A stretch of 24,790 nucleotides of DNA from a bacterium (GCA_046485285.1 JAWOHE010000034.1:1-24790), one strand, 5' to 3'; shown: positions 11,254 to 21,233, numbered from the stretch's first letter. Notes: a model not told the origin generated them from the sequence alone. Program-made: numbers and translations.

Positions 11254-11956
11254 CGCGCACCACCCTTCCCGCGTCGAGGGTTACGCAGCGCCGGCGCGTC
11301 CCCAGCGCCAGATCCGAGTTGTGGGTCGCCATCACCACGGTCGTTCCCCGGTAGTTGAAGTCCTTGAGTATGTTGATGATGTCCGCCGACCCACGCGGGT
11401 CGATGTTGCCGGTGGGTTCGTCGGCGAGGATCAGTTCCGGGTCTTTGACGAAGGCGCGGGCGATCGAGACTTTTTGCTGCTCGCCACCCGAAAGCTCGTG
11501 CGGACGGGCGTCGCGCCGGTGGATTATGCCGAGCCGGGTCAGGGTCTCGTTGATGCGGCCGGGGATGGTATCCGGTCGGGCGCCGATCGAGCGCAAGACG
11601 AACTCCAGATTCTCCGCCGCGGTTCGGTCCGCGAGAAGTTTGAAGTCCTGGAAGATGATGCCTATGCGTTTCCTGAGTTCCGGGAGCTGGCTCGGCGGGA
11701 GCTCGGGGACTTCGCGGCCGAGCACCCGGACCTTGCCCGAGTCGGGCCGCTGGGCTCCGTAGAGGAGCCTGAGCAGGGTGGTCTTTCCGGCCCCGGTCGC
11801 GCCGAGGATGAAGACGAAGTCGCCGCGCTCAACTCGGAAGCCAATGTCGGTGAGGGCTGGCCAGGTGCCGCCGTAGAGGAGCGATACACCCTCGACCTCA
11901 ACCGCGGCCTCGGTTGCCGGCGAGGGTAGGTTTCCCTGTGCTATCTCGCGTACCAT
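11243..11956 (-). CDS. ftsE: Cell division ATP-binding protein FtsE
   Basis: [42 protein letters not shown]. Upstream of ftsX. Confidence 0.92.
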   Translation of the reverse strand: MVREIAQGNLPSPATEAAVEVEGVSLLYGGTWPALTDIGFRVERGDFVFILGATGAGKTTLLRLLYGAQRPDSGKVRVLGREVPELPPSQLPELRKRIGIIFQDFKLLADRTAAENLEFVLRSIGARPDTIPGRINETLTRLGIIHRRDARPHELSGGEQQKVSIARAFVKDPELILADEPTGNIDPRGSADIINILKDFNYRGTTVVMATHNSDLALGTRRRCVTLDAGRVVRDEG

Positions 11957-12600
11957 TTCAGCAGGTAGTAGCAGGCCATTATGCCGTCCTTTGGTCCGAT
12001 CTTCTTGCCTTCCGTACGCGCCCGGTAGCGGATCGGAACCTCGGCGATGCGCACACCAAGGCGCAGGAGCTTGGCGGTGATCTCGGGTTCGATCTCAAAA
12101 CGGCTCGCAGTGAGCCTGAGCGACTGGAAGAGCGGGCGGCGAATCGCCTTGTAGCAGGTTTCCATGTCGGTGACCCGCCCGCCAAAGAGCGCGTTGGTGA
12201 GGATGGTCAGGAAGCGGTTGGCAAGCCGGCTGAGCAGGAGGAACCTGCTGTCGCCACGGAAGCGGGAGCCGTAGACTGCACCGACGCCCGGGGAAGAGAA
12301 TGGAGCAAGTAGTGTCGGGTAGTCGGCCGGGTCGTACTCGAGATCGGCGTCCTGGATTACCACGATGTCCCCGGCGGCATGACGGAGGCCGGTGCGGATG
12401 CCCGCTCCCTTGCCGCGGTTGACATCGTGGGTGAGCACGCGCACACCGGGCAGGCTGTGGAGTACCGCGAGGGTGTTGTCCGAGGAGTGATCGTCGACCG
12501 CGATGATCTCCTTCTCGACCGGGACCGCCTGAACCCGACTGATCAGTTCAGCAACCGACCGCTCTTCATTGTAGACCGGGACAATCACCGACAGGATCAT
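11941..12600 (-). CDS. Glycosyltransferase family 2 (DPM1/ArnC-like)
   Basis: LSVIVPVYNE, VDDHSSD, NRGKGA, IQDADLEYDP, TDMETCYK, FEIEPEITAK. Confidence 0.92.
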   Translation of the reverse strand: MILSVIVPVYNEERSVAELISRVQAVPVEKEIIAVDDHSSDNTLAVLHSLPGVRVLTHDVNRGKGAGIRTGLRHAAGDIVVIQDADLEYDPADYPTLLAPFSSPGVGAVYGSRFRGDSRFLLLSRLANRFLTILTNALFGGRVTDMETCYKAIRRPLFQSLRLTASRFEIEPEITAKLLRLGVRIAEVPIRYRARTEGKKIGPKDGIMACYYLLKWYAR

Positions 12601-13505
12601 GAGCTGACGAGCTGCGTTACCGTGCTTCTCACCGGTACCTCGTCGCCGGTGGACACTGCGGTGGTCATTGCCTCAAGACAACGGACTACCTCGAGGCCCA
12701 GGAAGGCGCCGGCGACGGGTTGCTGGCGCGAGCGGCAGGCAGTGACAAAGGCCCGGCAGAGGCGCGCGAGAGGTTGGTCGAGGGGTTGTGTCGTCCCGGC
12801 AGTCTCGTCGCAGACGAGCCTGAAGGTCGAGCCGGTGACCGTCAGTCTACGGAGAGCCGGAGCGGTCGTCCACCGAGCAGTCCCGGTGAAGACTGTGCCA
12901 GTGGCGTGATTGAGTTCGTACTCGACGCAGCTTGACTCGCCCGATGCCCGTATCGAGGCGACAGGTCCGAACAGGGTCAGGGCGGCCGCGACGTCGTGGG
13001 CGGCAAGGTCCCAGACCGGGGTCGTTCCGCGCGTCCCGACCGACGAGCGTTCCGCATGGGCGAAGCGCACCGGCCCGGCGCTCGGGAGAGCATCACGCAG
13101 CTGTGCGAAGGCGGGGTGGTACAGCGTCGTGTGGCCGACCATCAGGATTGAGCGGTTCTGCCGGGCCGCGGCAGCACAACTCCCGGCGTCGGAGGAACAG
13201 CGCGCCATCGGCTTCTCGACAAGGACGTCACATCCGGCGGCGATGCCGGTGAGCGCGAGCTTGGCATGGGCCGAGTCAGGGGTTGCGATGATGACGGCGG
13301 CGGGACGGATGTCGTTCAGCAGTTCATCAAGTCCGGTAAACACGGGTAGTGCCTTATCCACCAGGACGGCCCGGGCCCGGGCGGACTCGGGTTCGGCGAC
13401 AGCGACGAGTTGCAGGTCGGGCATTCCGGCCAGTGTGCGCAGGTAGTTGGTGCCCCAGCGGCCGGTCCCGGCGAGCGCAACCGTGACCGGGCCGTCGGTA
13501 CTCAT
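12597..13505 (-). CDS. Gfo/Idh/MocA family oxidoreductase
   Basis: Start set at ATG 13505 (ATGA overlap with the upstream stop) rather than the ORF-track start at 13775. GTGRWG, IATPDSAH, VLVEKPMA, WDLAAHD. Confidence 0.85.
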   Translation of the reverse strand: MSTDGPVTVALAGTGRWGTNYLRTLAGMPDLQLVAVAEPESARARAVLVDKALPVFTGLDELLNDIRPAAVIIATPDSAHAKLALTGIAAGCDVLVEKPMARCSSDAGSCAAAARQNRSILMVGHTTLYHPAFAQLRDALPSAGPVRFAHAERSSVGTRGTTPVWDLAAHDVAAALTLFGPVASIRASGESSCVEYELNHATGTVFTGTARWTTAPALRRLTVTGSTFRLVCDETAGTTQPLDQPLARLCRAFVTACRSRQQPVAGAFLGLEVVRCLEAMTTAVSTGDEVPVRSTVTQLVSS

Positions 13506-14443
13506 CGGGTCAGACCGGGTCGCCGACGAAACCAGTCTATGGTCAGCCTCAGCCCTTCCTCGAGCGAGACCCGGGGCTGCCACTTGAGAAGCCTTCGGGC
13601 CCTGGATATGTCCGGTCGGCGTCGCTTGGGATCGTCCTCGGGAAGGGGCTGGTGGGCGATCCGGCTGACTGAACCGGTGTGGCTGAGGACAATCCGGGCG
13701 AACTTCAGGATGCTGAACTCGCGGGGGTTCCCGAGGTTGACCGGGTCGGGTGAGGAACAGCCCGCGAGACGGCAAAGACCGTCCACCATGTCAGAGACGT
13801 AGCAGAAGCTTCGCGTCTGCCGACCGGTGCCGTAGATAGTCAGCGGCTGGTCGGTGAGGGCTTGGGCTATCAGATTCGGGACAACCCGGCCGTCGTCAAG
13901 CTTCATGCGCGGACCGTAGGTATTGAAGATCCGAGCGATGCGCGTGGGGAGACCATAGCGGCGATGGCAGCCCATCACGAGCGCTTCGGAGAAGCGCTTG
14001 GCTTCGTCATAGACTGAGCGGATGCCGACCGGATTGCAGTTGCCCCAGTAGTCTTCGCGTTGCGGGTGGACTTCCGGGTCGCCGTAGACTTCTGAGGTCG
14101 ATGCCTGGACGAAGACCGCCCGGGCGCGGCGCGCGAAGTCGAGCAGTTGCCACGTCCCGCGCGAGCCGGCCTTCAGTGTCTCGAGCGGGTGTGCGAGGTA
14201 GTCTCGGGGTGAAGCGGGCGAAGCGAGATTGTAGACCACGTCGAACCGTCCCCTGAGTGGCAGTTCGCGGGAGATGTCGGCACGGAGGAACCGAAATCGG
14301 GAGTCGGTCAGCAGTCGCCTGATGTTCGAGCGCCGCCCGGTGATAAGGCTGTCAATGCACACGACCCGGGAGCCCTCGCCGAGCAGGCGTTCGCAGAGGT
14401 GCGAGCCGATGAAGCCCGCGCCCCCGGCGACGAGCGCTTTCAA
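13502..14443 (-). CDS. UDP-glucuronate decarboxylase (UDP-xylose synthase-like extended SDR)
   Basis: TTG start overlapping the ugd stop. GGAGFIGSHL, LASPASP, ASTSEVYGDP, YDEAKR, RIFNTYGPRM, TRSFCYVSD, DDPKRRRPDI. Confidence 0.92.
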   Translation of the reverse strand: MKALVAGGAGFIGSHLCERLLGEGSRVVCIDSLITGRRSNIRRLLTDSRFRFLRADISRELPLRGRFDVVYNLASPASPRDYLAHPLETLKAGSRGTWQLLDFARRARAVFVQASTSEVYGDPEVHPQREDYWGNCNPVGIRSVYDEAKRFSEALVMGCHRRYGLPTRIARIFNTYGPRMKLDDGRVVPNLIAQALTDQPLTIYGTGRQTRSFCYVSDMVDGLCRLAGCSSPDPVNLGNPREFSILKFARIVLSHTGSVSRIAHQPLPEDDPKRRRPDISRARRLLKWQPRVSLEEGLRLTIDWFRRRPGLTR

Positions 14444-15729
14444 CGTCCGACCCCGATGTAGGTGAAGCCAAGGCGCTCGACCGCCGGTCGTTCGAATAGG
14501 TTGCGTCCGTCGCAGATTATCGGTACCCGCATCCGGGTCTTGAGTGTCGCAAGGTCCAATTCCCGGAACTGCGGCCATTCGGTCAGCACCGCAAGCAGGT
14601 CGGCGTCTTCGGCGACGTCCTCGGCCCGGGCGCAGAACTCGATGTCGGGAATGATCTTGCGGGCGCGATCCATCGCTTGCGGGTCGTACGCGCGCACTCT
14701 GGCGCCGCGCCCGGTCAGCTCCTTGATGATGTCGATCGAGGGCGCGAAGCGCATGTCGTCGGTCTCAGGTTTGAAGGCAAGGCCCAGTACGCCGATGTTC
14801 TTGTCGCGCAGGTTCCAGAGCACTCCCCGGATCTTCTGGACGAAGCGACGCTTCATATCGGCGTTGACGTTCTCGACCTCGCGAAGAAGCCGAAAGTCGT
14901 AGCCCAACTCCTCGGCGATGCGGATGAAGGCCCGCAGGTCCTTCGGGAAGCAGAACCCGCCGTAGCCGATGCCCGAGTTCAGGAAGGCCGGGCCGATTCT
15001 CTTGTCCATACCCATTCCCCCGGTGACCTGCCGTACGTCCGCCCCGGACTCCTCGCAGACGACCGATAGCGCGTTGGCGAACGAGATCTTCATGGCGAGG
15101 AAGGCATTCGAGGCGTGTTTGATCAGCTCGGCGCTGGCGATGTCCGTGACGACGATCGGCGCTTCGAAGGGACGGTAGGCCTCGACCAACAGGTCACGGG
15201 CCCGGTCGGACTCGACCCCGATGACGATCCGATCCGGTTTGAGGAAGTCGCTGACTGCCGAGCCCTCGCGCAGGAACTCAGGATTCGACGCGACGTCGAA
15301 CGGAGTGCCGGCCCGGTTGTAGCGTTCAATCGTCGTCCGGATCCACTTGTGCGTCTGTACCGGAACAGTGGATTTCTCGACGATGAGCTGGTACTCGTTC
15401 ATGTTCGCGGCGATGTCGCGGGCAACATCCTCGACGCAAGTCAGGTCCGGCTCGCCGGACTCGCGGGTCGGCGTGCCGACGGCGATGAACGCGACTACCG
15501 AGTTTCGGACTGCGTCGCCGATGTCGGTCGTGAAGCGCAGTCGGCCTGCCTGCACCGTCTCGCGGACGATCTCCTCAAGGCCGGGTTCATAGATCGGGAT
15601 ACCGCCCCGGTTTAGTGTCTCGATCTTGGCGACATCGCTGTCGACGCAGATAACGTCGTGACCGAGTTTCGCGAAGCAGGCGCCGGTCGTGAGTCCGACA
15701 TAGCCGGTGCCGACCATTGTTATCTTCAT
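14440..15729 (-). CDS. ugd: UDP-glucose 6-dehydrogenase
   Basis: GTGYVG, PIYEPGL, KSTVP, SNPEFLREG, GYGGFCFPKD, GLAFKPETDDMR. Confidence 0.95.
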   Translation of the reverse strand: MKITMVGTGYVGLTTGACFAKLGHDVICVDSDVAKIETLNRGGIPIYEPGLEEIVRETVQAGRLRFTTDIGDAVRNSVVAFIAVGTPTRESGEPDLTCVEDVARDIAANMNEYQLIVEKSTVPVQTHKWIRTTIERYNRAGTPFDVASNPEFLREGSAVSDFLKPDRIVIGVESDRARDLLVEAYRPFEAPIVVTDIASAELIKHASNAFLAMKISFANALSVVCEESGADVRQVTGGMGMDKRIGPAFLNSGIGYGGFCFPKDLRAFIRIAEELGYDFRLLREVENVNADMKRRFVQKIRGVLWNLRDKNIGVLGLAFKPETDDMRFAPSIDIIKELTGRGARVRAYDPQAMDRARKIIPDIEFCARAEDVAEDADLLAVLTEWPQFRELDLATLKTRMRVPIICDGRNLFERPAVERLGFTYIGVGR

Positions 15730-15735
15730 CCTGTG

Positions 15736-15763
15736 AATATATTGACCGCCTCCCGTGAGTCAA
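15736..15763 (-). promoter_or_regulatory. Sigma70-type promoter for the ugd operon (probably leaderless)
   Basis: Minus strand TTGACT (15763-15758), 16 bp, TATATT (15741-15736), 6 nt, ATG. No SD between -10 and start. Confidence 0.6.
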
Positions 15764-15785
15764 GGAACTGCGGTTCGAGAAACGA

Positions 15786-18362
15786 TCAGTCACCGGCGGC
15801 GAGCCGGCGCAACTCCACGAGGAGGGAGAGTGCTTCAAGCGGCGACATACGGTCGGGGTCGGCTGCCAGCAGGCGCTCGAGCGCCGGGTGTCGGGGCGGG
15901 CTTTCGGCGGCGTGCGCGGGGGCGTCGTCCCGGTCGCCGTTTTGGACGGCAGGCACGTCTCCGGCGTCGAACCGAGCCTGGAGTTCACGCGCTCGGGCGA
16001 TGACGGCGTCGGGCAGGCCGGCGAGGCGAGCAACCGCGATGCCATAGCTCCTGTTTCCGCTCCCGGGCTCCAAGCGGCGGAGGAAGGTCACGCCGTCAGC
16101 TCGCTCGCGGACCGCGAAGTTGTAGTTCCGGACCCGGGGTAGCTCCTCGGTAATCCCGGCGAGCTCGTGGTAGTGCGTGGCGAAGAGACAGCGCGGGCGT
16201 CGGTCGTGCGGACCGTGAAGGTGCTCGACCGCTGCCCAGGCGATGGCAAGCCCGTCGCTGGTGGCCGTGCCCCTGCCGACCTCATCGAGAATCACGAGGC
16301 TCCGTGAGGTAGCATTGTGCAGGATGTTGGCGGTCTCGGTCATCTCGGCGAGAAAGGTGGAGACACCCCGGGCGAGGTCATCGGATGCGCCGATACGAGT
16401 GAAGACCTTGTCGACAACGCCGATGCGGGCCCGGTCGGCTGGCACGAACGACCCGGCCTGAGCCATTATGGCAATGAGTGCGACCTGGCGCAGGTAAGTG
16501 GACTTGCCGGCCATGTTGGGGCCAGTGATGATGGCGACTTGCTCGGCATCGGTGTCGAGCCGTGTGTCGTTCGGCATGAACGGCTGGTCCAGCAGGACCT
16601 CGACGACCGGGTGGCGTCCTCGAGCGATGTCGATCGAGCCCGAGTCGTCGACGATCGGACGGACGTAACGTCGCTCGCGTGCGACCTGGGCAAAGCCGGC
16701 AAGGACGTCGAGTTCAGCGAGGAGCAGCGAGAGGCGGGCGAGGCGTTCTGCTTCGCGGCCCACCCGCCGGCGGAGTTCCCGGAACAATTCGAACTCAAGA
16801 GACTTGAGGCGTTCTTCGGCGTAAACGATCTTGGCCTCGTACTCCTTCAACTCAGGGGTGATGTAGCGCTCGCCGGTACTGAGCGTCTGTTTGCGTATCC
16901 AGCTTGCGGGTACCTGGGCGATGCCGGACTTGGTAACTTCGAGGTAGTAGCCGAAGACTGAGTTGTAGCCGACCCGGAGATTGGCTATCCCGGTCCGTTC
17001 GCGTTCCCGCTTCTGCAGGTCCGCCACGAATCTCTTGGCATTGCTGGACAGGTCGCGCAGTTCATCCAGCTCTGTGCTGACGCCGCGAGCGATTATCCCA
17101 CCGTCAGAAAGCGCCAGCGGCGGCGACTCGACCAGGGTGCCTTTAATCGCGTCGGCGACCGCCGAAAAGTCCTCGATGCCCTCATGGATCGATGCCAGCC
17201 GGGTGGAACGGAGGCCGCTGAGTGCGGCGCGGATGGGCGGGACCTTGCGCAGCCAGTTCTTCAGGCCGACTACGTCGCGCGCGTTCGCCCGCTCGAGTGC
17301 GATCCGCGCGGCCACGCGCTCGATATCGCCAATCGAGGAGAGGAGGTCCTGGAGCGGGGCGAGCGGTGCGTCGGCGCCAACAAGCTCTTCGACCGCGTCA
17401 AGTCTCAGGTTCACGGCGTCGGGGGAAACCAGCGGTGCGGTCAGCCAGCGCCGGATCAGCCTGCTGCCAGACGGCGTGCGGGTACGGTCAAGCACGGCAA
17501 GCAAGGTGCCCTCTCCCGGGGTTGCCTCGGGGTGGATGCGCTCGACCAGTTCGAGATTGCGGCGTGAAATCCTGTCGATGAGAAGGTGTTCGTCGGTGCG
17601 ATAGGGTGTCAGCCGGGAGAGATGCGGAAGCGCGCTTCTCTGAGTCTGCTCGAGGTAGTTCAGACAGGCGCCGGCCGCACAGATCGCTTCGGTGAGCTCA
17701 CCAACGCCGAATCCGTCCAATCCGGCCACGCCGAAGTGGGAAGTCAGGCGGTCGAATGCGAAGTCAGAGGTGAAGTAGTAGTCCTCGAGCCTGGTAACAT
17801 CGATTCCTCCCGGCAGGTCACGGTCCTGGGGCCAGGACTCGGGTATCAGCAGTTCGCGAGGTTCGATCTTCTGGATTTCCTCGGCCAGGGCCGACATCCG
17901 GACTTCAGCGAGCAGGAACTCTCCAGTCGAGACGTCTGCGAAGGCGATGCCGCAGTCGTCGCCGGCCGGGGACAGCGCCATGAGGTAGTTGCTGCGCTTC
18001 TCGTCAAGCAGTCCCGGACGGACCAGAGTGCCGGGCGTGATGACCTCGACGACCTCGCGGCGGACGACCGGTTTGCGCGACGACGGCAGTTCGAGCTGAT
18101 CGCAGATCGCGACTCGGAACCCCCTGGCAACGAGCCGGGCGACATAGGTGTCGAGCGATTTCGCCGGCACGCCGGCGAGCGGGACGCGGTTGTGCGGACC
18201 GTGGGGGCGCGAAGTCAGAGTCAGGCCGAGTGCCTTCGCGCCGACCTCCGCGTCCTCATAGAACATCTCGTAGAAGTCACCGACCCGGAACAGGAGCAGG
18301 GCGCCCCGGTGCCGGTCCTTGATGCGCCGGTACTGCTCGAGAAGCGGGGTCGCGGGAGGCAA
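15786..18362 (-). CDS. mutS: DNA mismatch repair protein MutS
   Basis: TPLLEQY, FRVGDFYEMF, GRHPVVE, ITGPNMAGKSTYLRQ, DEVGRGT, ATHYHEL, SYGIAVARLAGLP. Confidence 0.97.
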   Translation of the reverse strand: MPPATPLLEQYRRIKDRHRGALLLFRVGDFYEMFYEDAEVGAKALGLTLTSRPHGPHNRVPLAGVPAKSLDTYVARLVARGFRVAICDQLELPSSRKPVVRREVVEVITPGTLVRPGLLDEKRSNYLMALSPAGDDCGIAFADVSTGEFLLAEVRMSALAEEIQKIEPRELLIPESWPQDRDLPGGIDVTRLEDYYFTSDFAFDRLTSHFGVAGLDGFGVGELTEAICAAGACLNYLEQTQRSALPHLSRLTPYRTDEHLLIDRISRRNLELVERIHPEATPGEGTLLAVLDRTRTPSGSRLIRRWLTAPLVSPDAVNLRLDAVEELVGADAPLAPLQDLLSSIGDIERVAARIALERANARDVVGLKNWLRKVPPIRAALSGLRSTRLASIHEGIEDFSAVADAIKGTLVESPPLALSDGGIIARGVSTELDELRDLSSNAKRFVADLQKRERERTGIANLRVGYNSVFGYYLEVTKSGIAQVPASWIRKQTLSTGERYITPELKEYEAKIVYAEERLKSLEFELFRELRRRVGREAERLARLSLLLAELDVLAGFAQVARERRYVRPIVDDSGSIDIARGRHPVVEVLLDQPFMPNDTRLDTDAEQVAIITGPNMAGKSTYLRQVALIAIMAQAGSFVPADRARIGVVDKVFTRIGASDDLARGVSTFLAEMTETANILHNATSRSLVILDEVGRGTATSDGLAIAWAAVEHLHGPHDRRPRCLFATHYHELAGITEELPRVRNYNFAVRERADGVTFLRRLEPGSGNRSYGIAVARLAGLPDAVIARARELQARFDAGDVPAVQNGDRDDAPAHAAESPPRHPALERLLAADPDRMSPLEALSLLVELRRLAAGD

Positions 18363-18369
18363 GGTCGGC

Positions 18370-19476
18370 TCAGGCGTTCCCTGCCGGCTGCGAGTCGCCG
18401 CAAGCGGGGCAGGTGCGCTCGCCGCAGCTGAGTTCGCCGCCGCAACTGGGGCAGGAAGACGGCTGGTTCAACTCCTCGACCAGCCTGTCGACAAGGCGGG
18501 CGGCCTCGCCAGCCCGGCCGCGGTCGAGCTCGAGTGCGACCAGGGTCGCGGTGCAGAGCGGGTCAGTCCGGCCGGCGCAGGTTCGCATCAGCAGCCCCAC
18601 CGCCTCGTCGTAGTTCTCTTTTTTCCGATAGATCAGCGCCAGCGCGACCGCGAGTGCCGTGTCGCCGGGCACGCGGCGGAGCAGTTTCTCATAGGAGCTC
18701 GTGATGTCCTCATAGCGCCCGAGTTCGTAGTACGCGCGCTCAAGACGGCCGCGGACGACGGCGTTGCGGTCGGGGGCGATCTCGATGATTTCCTGCCAGC
18801 GGGCGAGCGCGGCTTTAGTTTCGCCTCGCTGGAGCAGGAAGTCGCCGAGGTAGAGCCGGCCAGTTACGGACTGCGGGTCCAGTCGCAGGCTGTCTTCGAA
18901 CGCCGCGCGCGCCCCCTCCGGGTCGCGCGCAATGGTCTCGCGGGCATACTCTGCGACCAGGCGGGACAGCCAGCGGCGGTCAGTCACTCCGTGCCTGAGT
19001 CCCTGTATCAGTGACTGGGACTTCTCGAAGGCGCCGGTGGCCTGATACAGCCTGAGCAGCCGCTCGACCGCGTCGTGGTCGTGGTTGCGGGCCAGCTCTT
19101 CGAGCACGGTGATCGCCTTGAGCTTGCGGTCGGTTCCTTCATAGTCGCGGGCGAGTGCGGACAGGACGCGGCGTTCGTCCTCGGGGCGGAGATTCCGCCG
19201 CAGGCCGAGATTCTCGTGGATCTTGATTCCCCGTTCGAGCTCGCCGGCCCGAATGTAAGCGTCACCGAGCCGAACCCACGCATCGATGTTGGCGGGTTCA
19301 GCATTGACCGCCTCCTTGAGCAGGGGGATTGCGTCGGAATCGCGTCCATCGAGGATCAGCCGCAGGGCCCCGACGTAGGCGGGCACGGTTGAGCGACGGC
19401 GCTGGATGAACTCCCGCACGAGAGGATAGAGCGCCACGACCGCGAGGGCGAGGATGATGATGATCAGCAGCGTCAT
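18370..19476 (-). CDS. lapB: LapB (YciM)-like TPR protein
   Basis: N-terminal TM helix, TPR repeats (LGDAYIRAGELERGIKIHENL), C-terminal rubredoxin-like CPSCG...CPACG. Follows a lapA-like gene. Confidence 0.75.
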   Translation of the reverse strand: MTLLIIIILALAVVALYPLVREFIQRRRSTVPAYVGALRLILDGRDSDAIPLLKEAVNAEPANIDAWVRLGDAYIRAGELERGIKIHENLGLRRNLRPEDERRVLSALARDYEGTDRKLKAITVLEELARNHDHDAVERLLRLYQATGAFEKSQSLIQGLRHGVTDRRWLSRLVAEYARETIARDPEGARAAFEDSLRLDPQSVTGRLYLGDFLLQRGETKAALARWQEIIEIAPDRNAVVRGRLERAYYELGRYEDITSSYEKLLRRVPGDTALAVALALIYRKKENYDEAVGLLMRTCAGRTDPLCTATLVALELDRGRAGEAARLVDRLVEELNQPSSCPSCGGELSCGERTCPACGDSQPAGNA

Positions 19477-19799
19477 GGCTCGTACCTCGAGGTGGAACCG
19501 GCTGTCAGATCGTCATCGAGCGGGGCGTTCCGAAAGGCCCTCAGTTCCTCGGTGAGGGCCTCGATCTCACGGCGGAGGCGACGAATGCGCGCTCGGAGCT
19601 GGAACTCGGAGACGAGGGAGAACACGCCGACGCAGGCGGCGCCGAAGGCAAACGAGTAGAGCATTGTGTAGACGACTGGTACGTCCGGGAAGACGGCGCC
19701 GAAGAGGTTCACGTCGGCGAGCTCGCGGGCATTTGTCAGACCCAGCACGAGCAGCAGGGTGAAGACAACCAGCACCAGGACGATCCTCAGGACAACCAT
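19473..19799 (-). CDS. lapA: LapA (DUF1049) family membrane protein
   Basis: AGGAGG RBS then TGATG overlap with the miaB stop. Two TM segments with a conserved Asn, followed by a basic coiled coil (RARIRRLRREIEALTEEL). Confidence 0.75.
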   Translation of the reverse strand: MVVLRIVLVLVVFTLLLVLGLTNARELADVNLFGAVFPDVPVVYTMLYSFAFGAACVGVFSLVSEFQLRARIRRLRREIEALTEELRAFRNAPLDDDLTAGSTSRYEP

Positions 19800-21226
19800 C
19801 AGCACCTCCTATGGTTGGGAAGGGGATAAGCCGTCTCGTGGACGCGGCCGACCGGGGTCCAGCCAACGACCCCGGTGACGGCGGCAGTGACCAGTTCACC
19901 GAGCGCCGGTGTCCCTTCGACGATCACGGTTCGATTGTTGCGGGCCCGGCCGAGCATACCCTCGCCGCGCGGGGCCGGAGCTTCTATCAGCACCTCGATC
20001 TCGCGACCGATGAGCTCACGGTTCTTCTCACGGGTGATGCGGTTCTGTAGTTCGATCAGCCGGGCCAGCCGGGAGCCGGCTTCAGCCTCGGCGACCTTCG
20101 GCCCCATCTTCGCGGCCTCGGTTCCCGGGCGGGCCGAGTAGCGGAACATATAGGCAGACTCGAACCGGACCTGGCGGACGAGGTCGAGCGTCGCGAGGTA
20201 ATCCTCGTCGCTCTCGCCCGGGAAGCCGACGAGGATGTCGGTTGTCAGGCCGAGCTCGGGGACGAGCGAACGAGCTGTCTCGACCCGCGATAGGTACTCC
20301 GCGCGCGTGTAGCCGCGCTTCATCAGTTTCAAGATTCGGTCCGAGCCGGACTGCACCGGCAGGTGCAGATCCGGGCAGACCGCCGGCATGACGGCCATCA
20401 GGCGGGCAATCGCCGGGGAGAGGTCCCTGGGGTGCGACGTCAGGAAACGCAGGCGCAGGAGCCCCGGCACGCCGGCAACCGTCTCGACGAGCTCCGGGAA
20501 CCCGGTTGCCCCGTCGCGGTAGGCAAGCACATTCTGTCCCAGCAGGGTCACGTCGAGGACGCCATTACCCACCAACGAACGGACTTCATCAAGGATGCGG
20601 CCCTTCGGGCGGGAGCGTTCCCGTCCTCTTGTCAGCGGGACGATGCAGTAGCTGCACCAGTTGTCGCAGCCGCGCATCACCGTCACCGAGCCGCGAATCT
20701 GGCGGGCGGGGGCTCCGCCGCGGCACGACCTCGCTACGGCAGGAACCGCGCGCGGGACAATGCCGTCATAGCATTCCCCGTTGGTGCCAGTCGCGACGAC
20801 CGTGCGCCCGGTCGCGGCGGCCTCGGCAATCGCCGCGGGCAGGAGGCGGTACTGGTCGGGCCCGAGGACAACGTCGGCGCCGTGGTCCTCGACGATGCTG
20901 TCTCTTGCGTGCTCGGAGACGCAGCCGAGCACGGCAATCACCCGGCCCGCGCGCTCCCGGCGCAGTGCCCGGAATGACGACAGGCGGCCCAGGGCCCGCG
21001 CCTCGGCGTGGCTTCGGACCGCACAGGTCAGCATCGCGTAGGCGTCCGCGTCGGTCTCGTCCGTGGTCTCCTCGAAGCCAGCGTCATCGAGGATCGCGCG
21101 CACCAGCCCGGCCTCGTACTGGTTCATCTGGCAGCCGTAGACCTGCAGGTAGTACTTCCCGGCGCGGAGCTGAGTCGCTCCCGGGGTCGGGGCGTCCACG
21201 TGCGGGTCGGTCAGGCCGTGTGTCAC
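19799..21226 (-). CDS. miaB: tRNA-2-methylthio-N6-dimethylallyladenosine synthase
   Basis: YGCQMN, TCAVRSHAE, radical-SAM CDNWCSYC, RGRERSR, TSHPRD, HLPVQSGS, YSARPGT, C-terminal TRAM. Start GTG 21226 or TTG 21229. Confidence 0.95.
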   Translation of the reverse strand: MTHGLTDPHVDAPTPGATQLRAGKYYLQVYGCQMNQYEAGLVRAILDDAGFEETTDETDADAYAMLTCAVRSHAEARALGRLSSFRALRRERAGRVIAVLGCVSEHARDSIVEDHGADVVLGPDQYRLLPAAIAEAAATGRTVVATGTNGECYDGIVPRAVPAVARSCRGGAPARQIRGSVTVMRGCDNWCSYCIVPLTRGRERSRPKGRILDEVRSLVGNGVLDVTLLGQNVLAYRDGATGFPELVETVAGVPGLLRLRFLTSHPRDLSPAIARLMAVMPAVCPDLHLPVQSGSDRILKLMKRGYTRAEYLSRVETARSLVPELGLTTDILVGFPGESDEDYLATLDLVRQVRFESAYMFRYSARPGTEAAKMGPKVAEAEAGSRLARLIELQNRITREKNRELIGREIEVLIEAPAPRGEGMLGRARNNRTVIVEGTPALGELVTAAVTGVVGWTPVGRVHETAYPLPNHRRC

Positions 21227-21233
21227 CAACCTG

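Noticed and set aside
13506-13775. N-terminal extension of the Gfo/Idh/MocA ORF (likewise 14444-14578 for the decarboxylase)
   Set aside because: They overlap upstream genes. Starts at 13505 and 14443 give clean 4-bp overlaps with Rossmann motifs right after.
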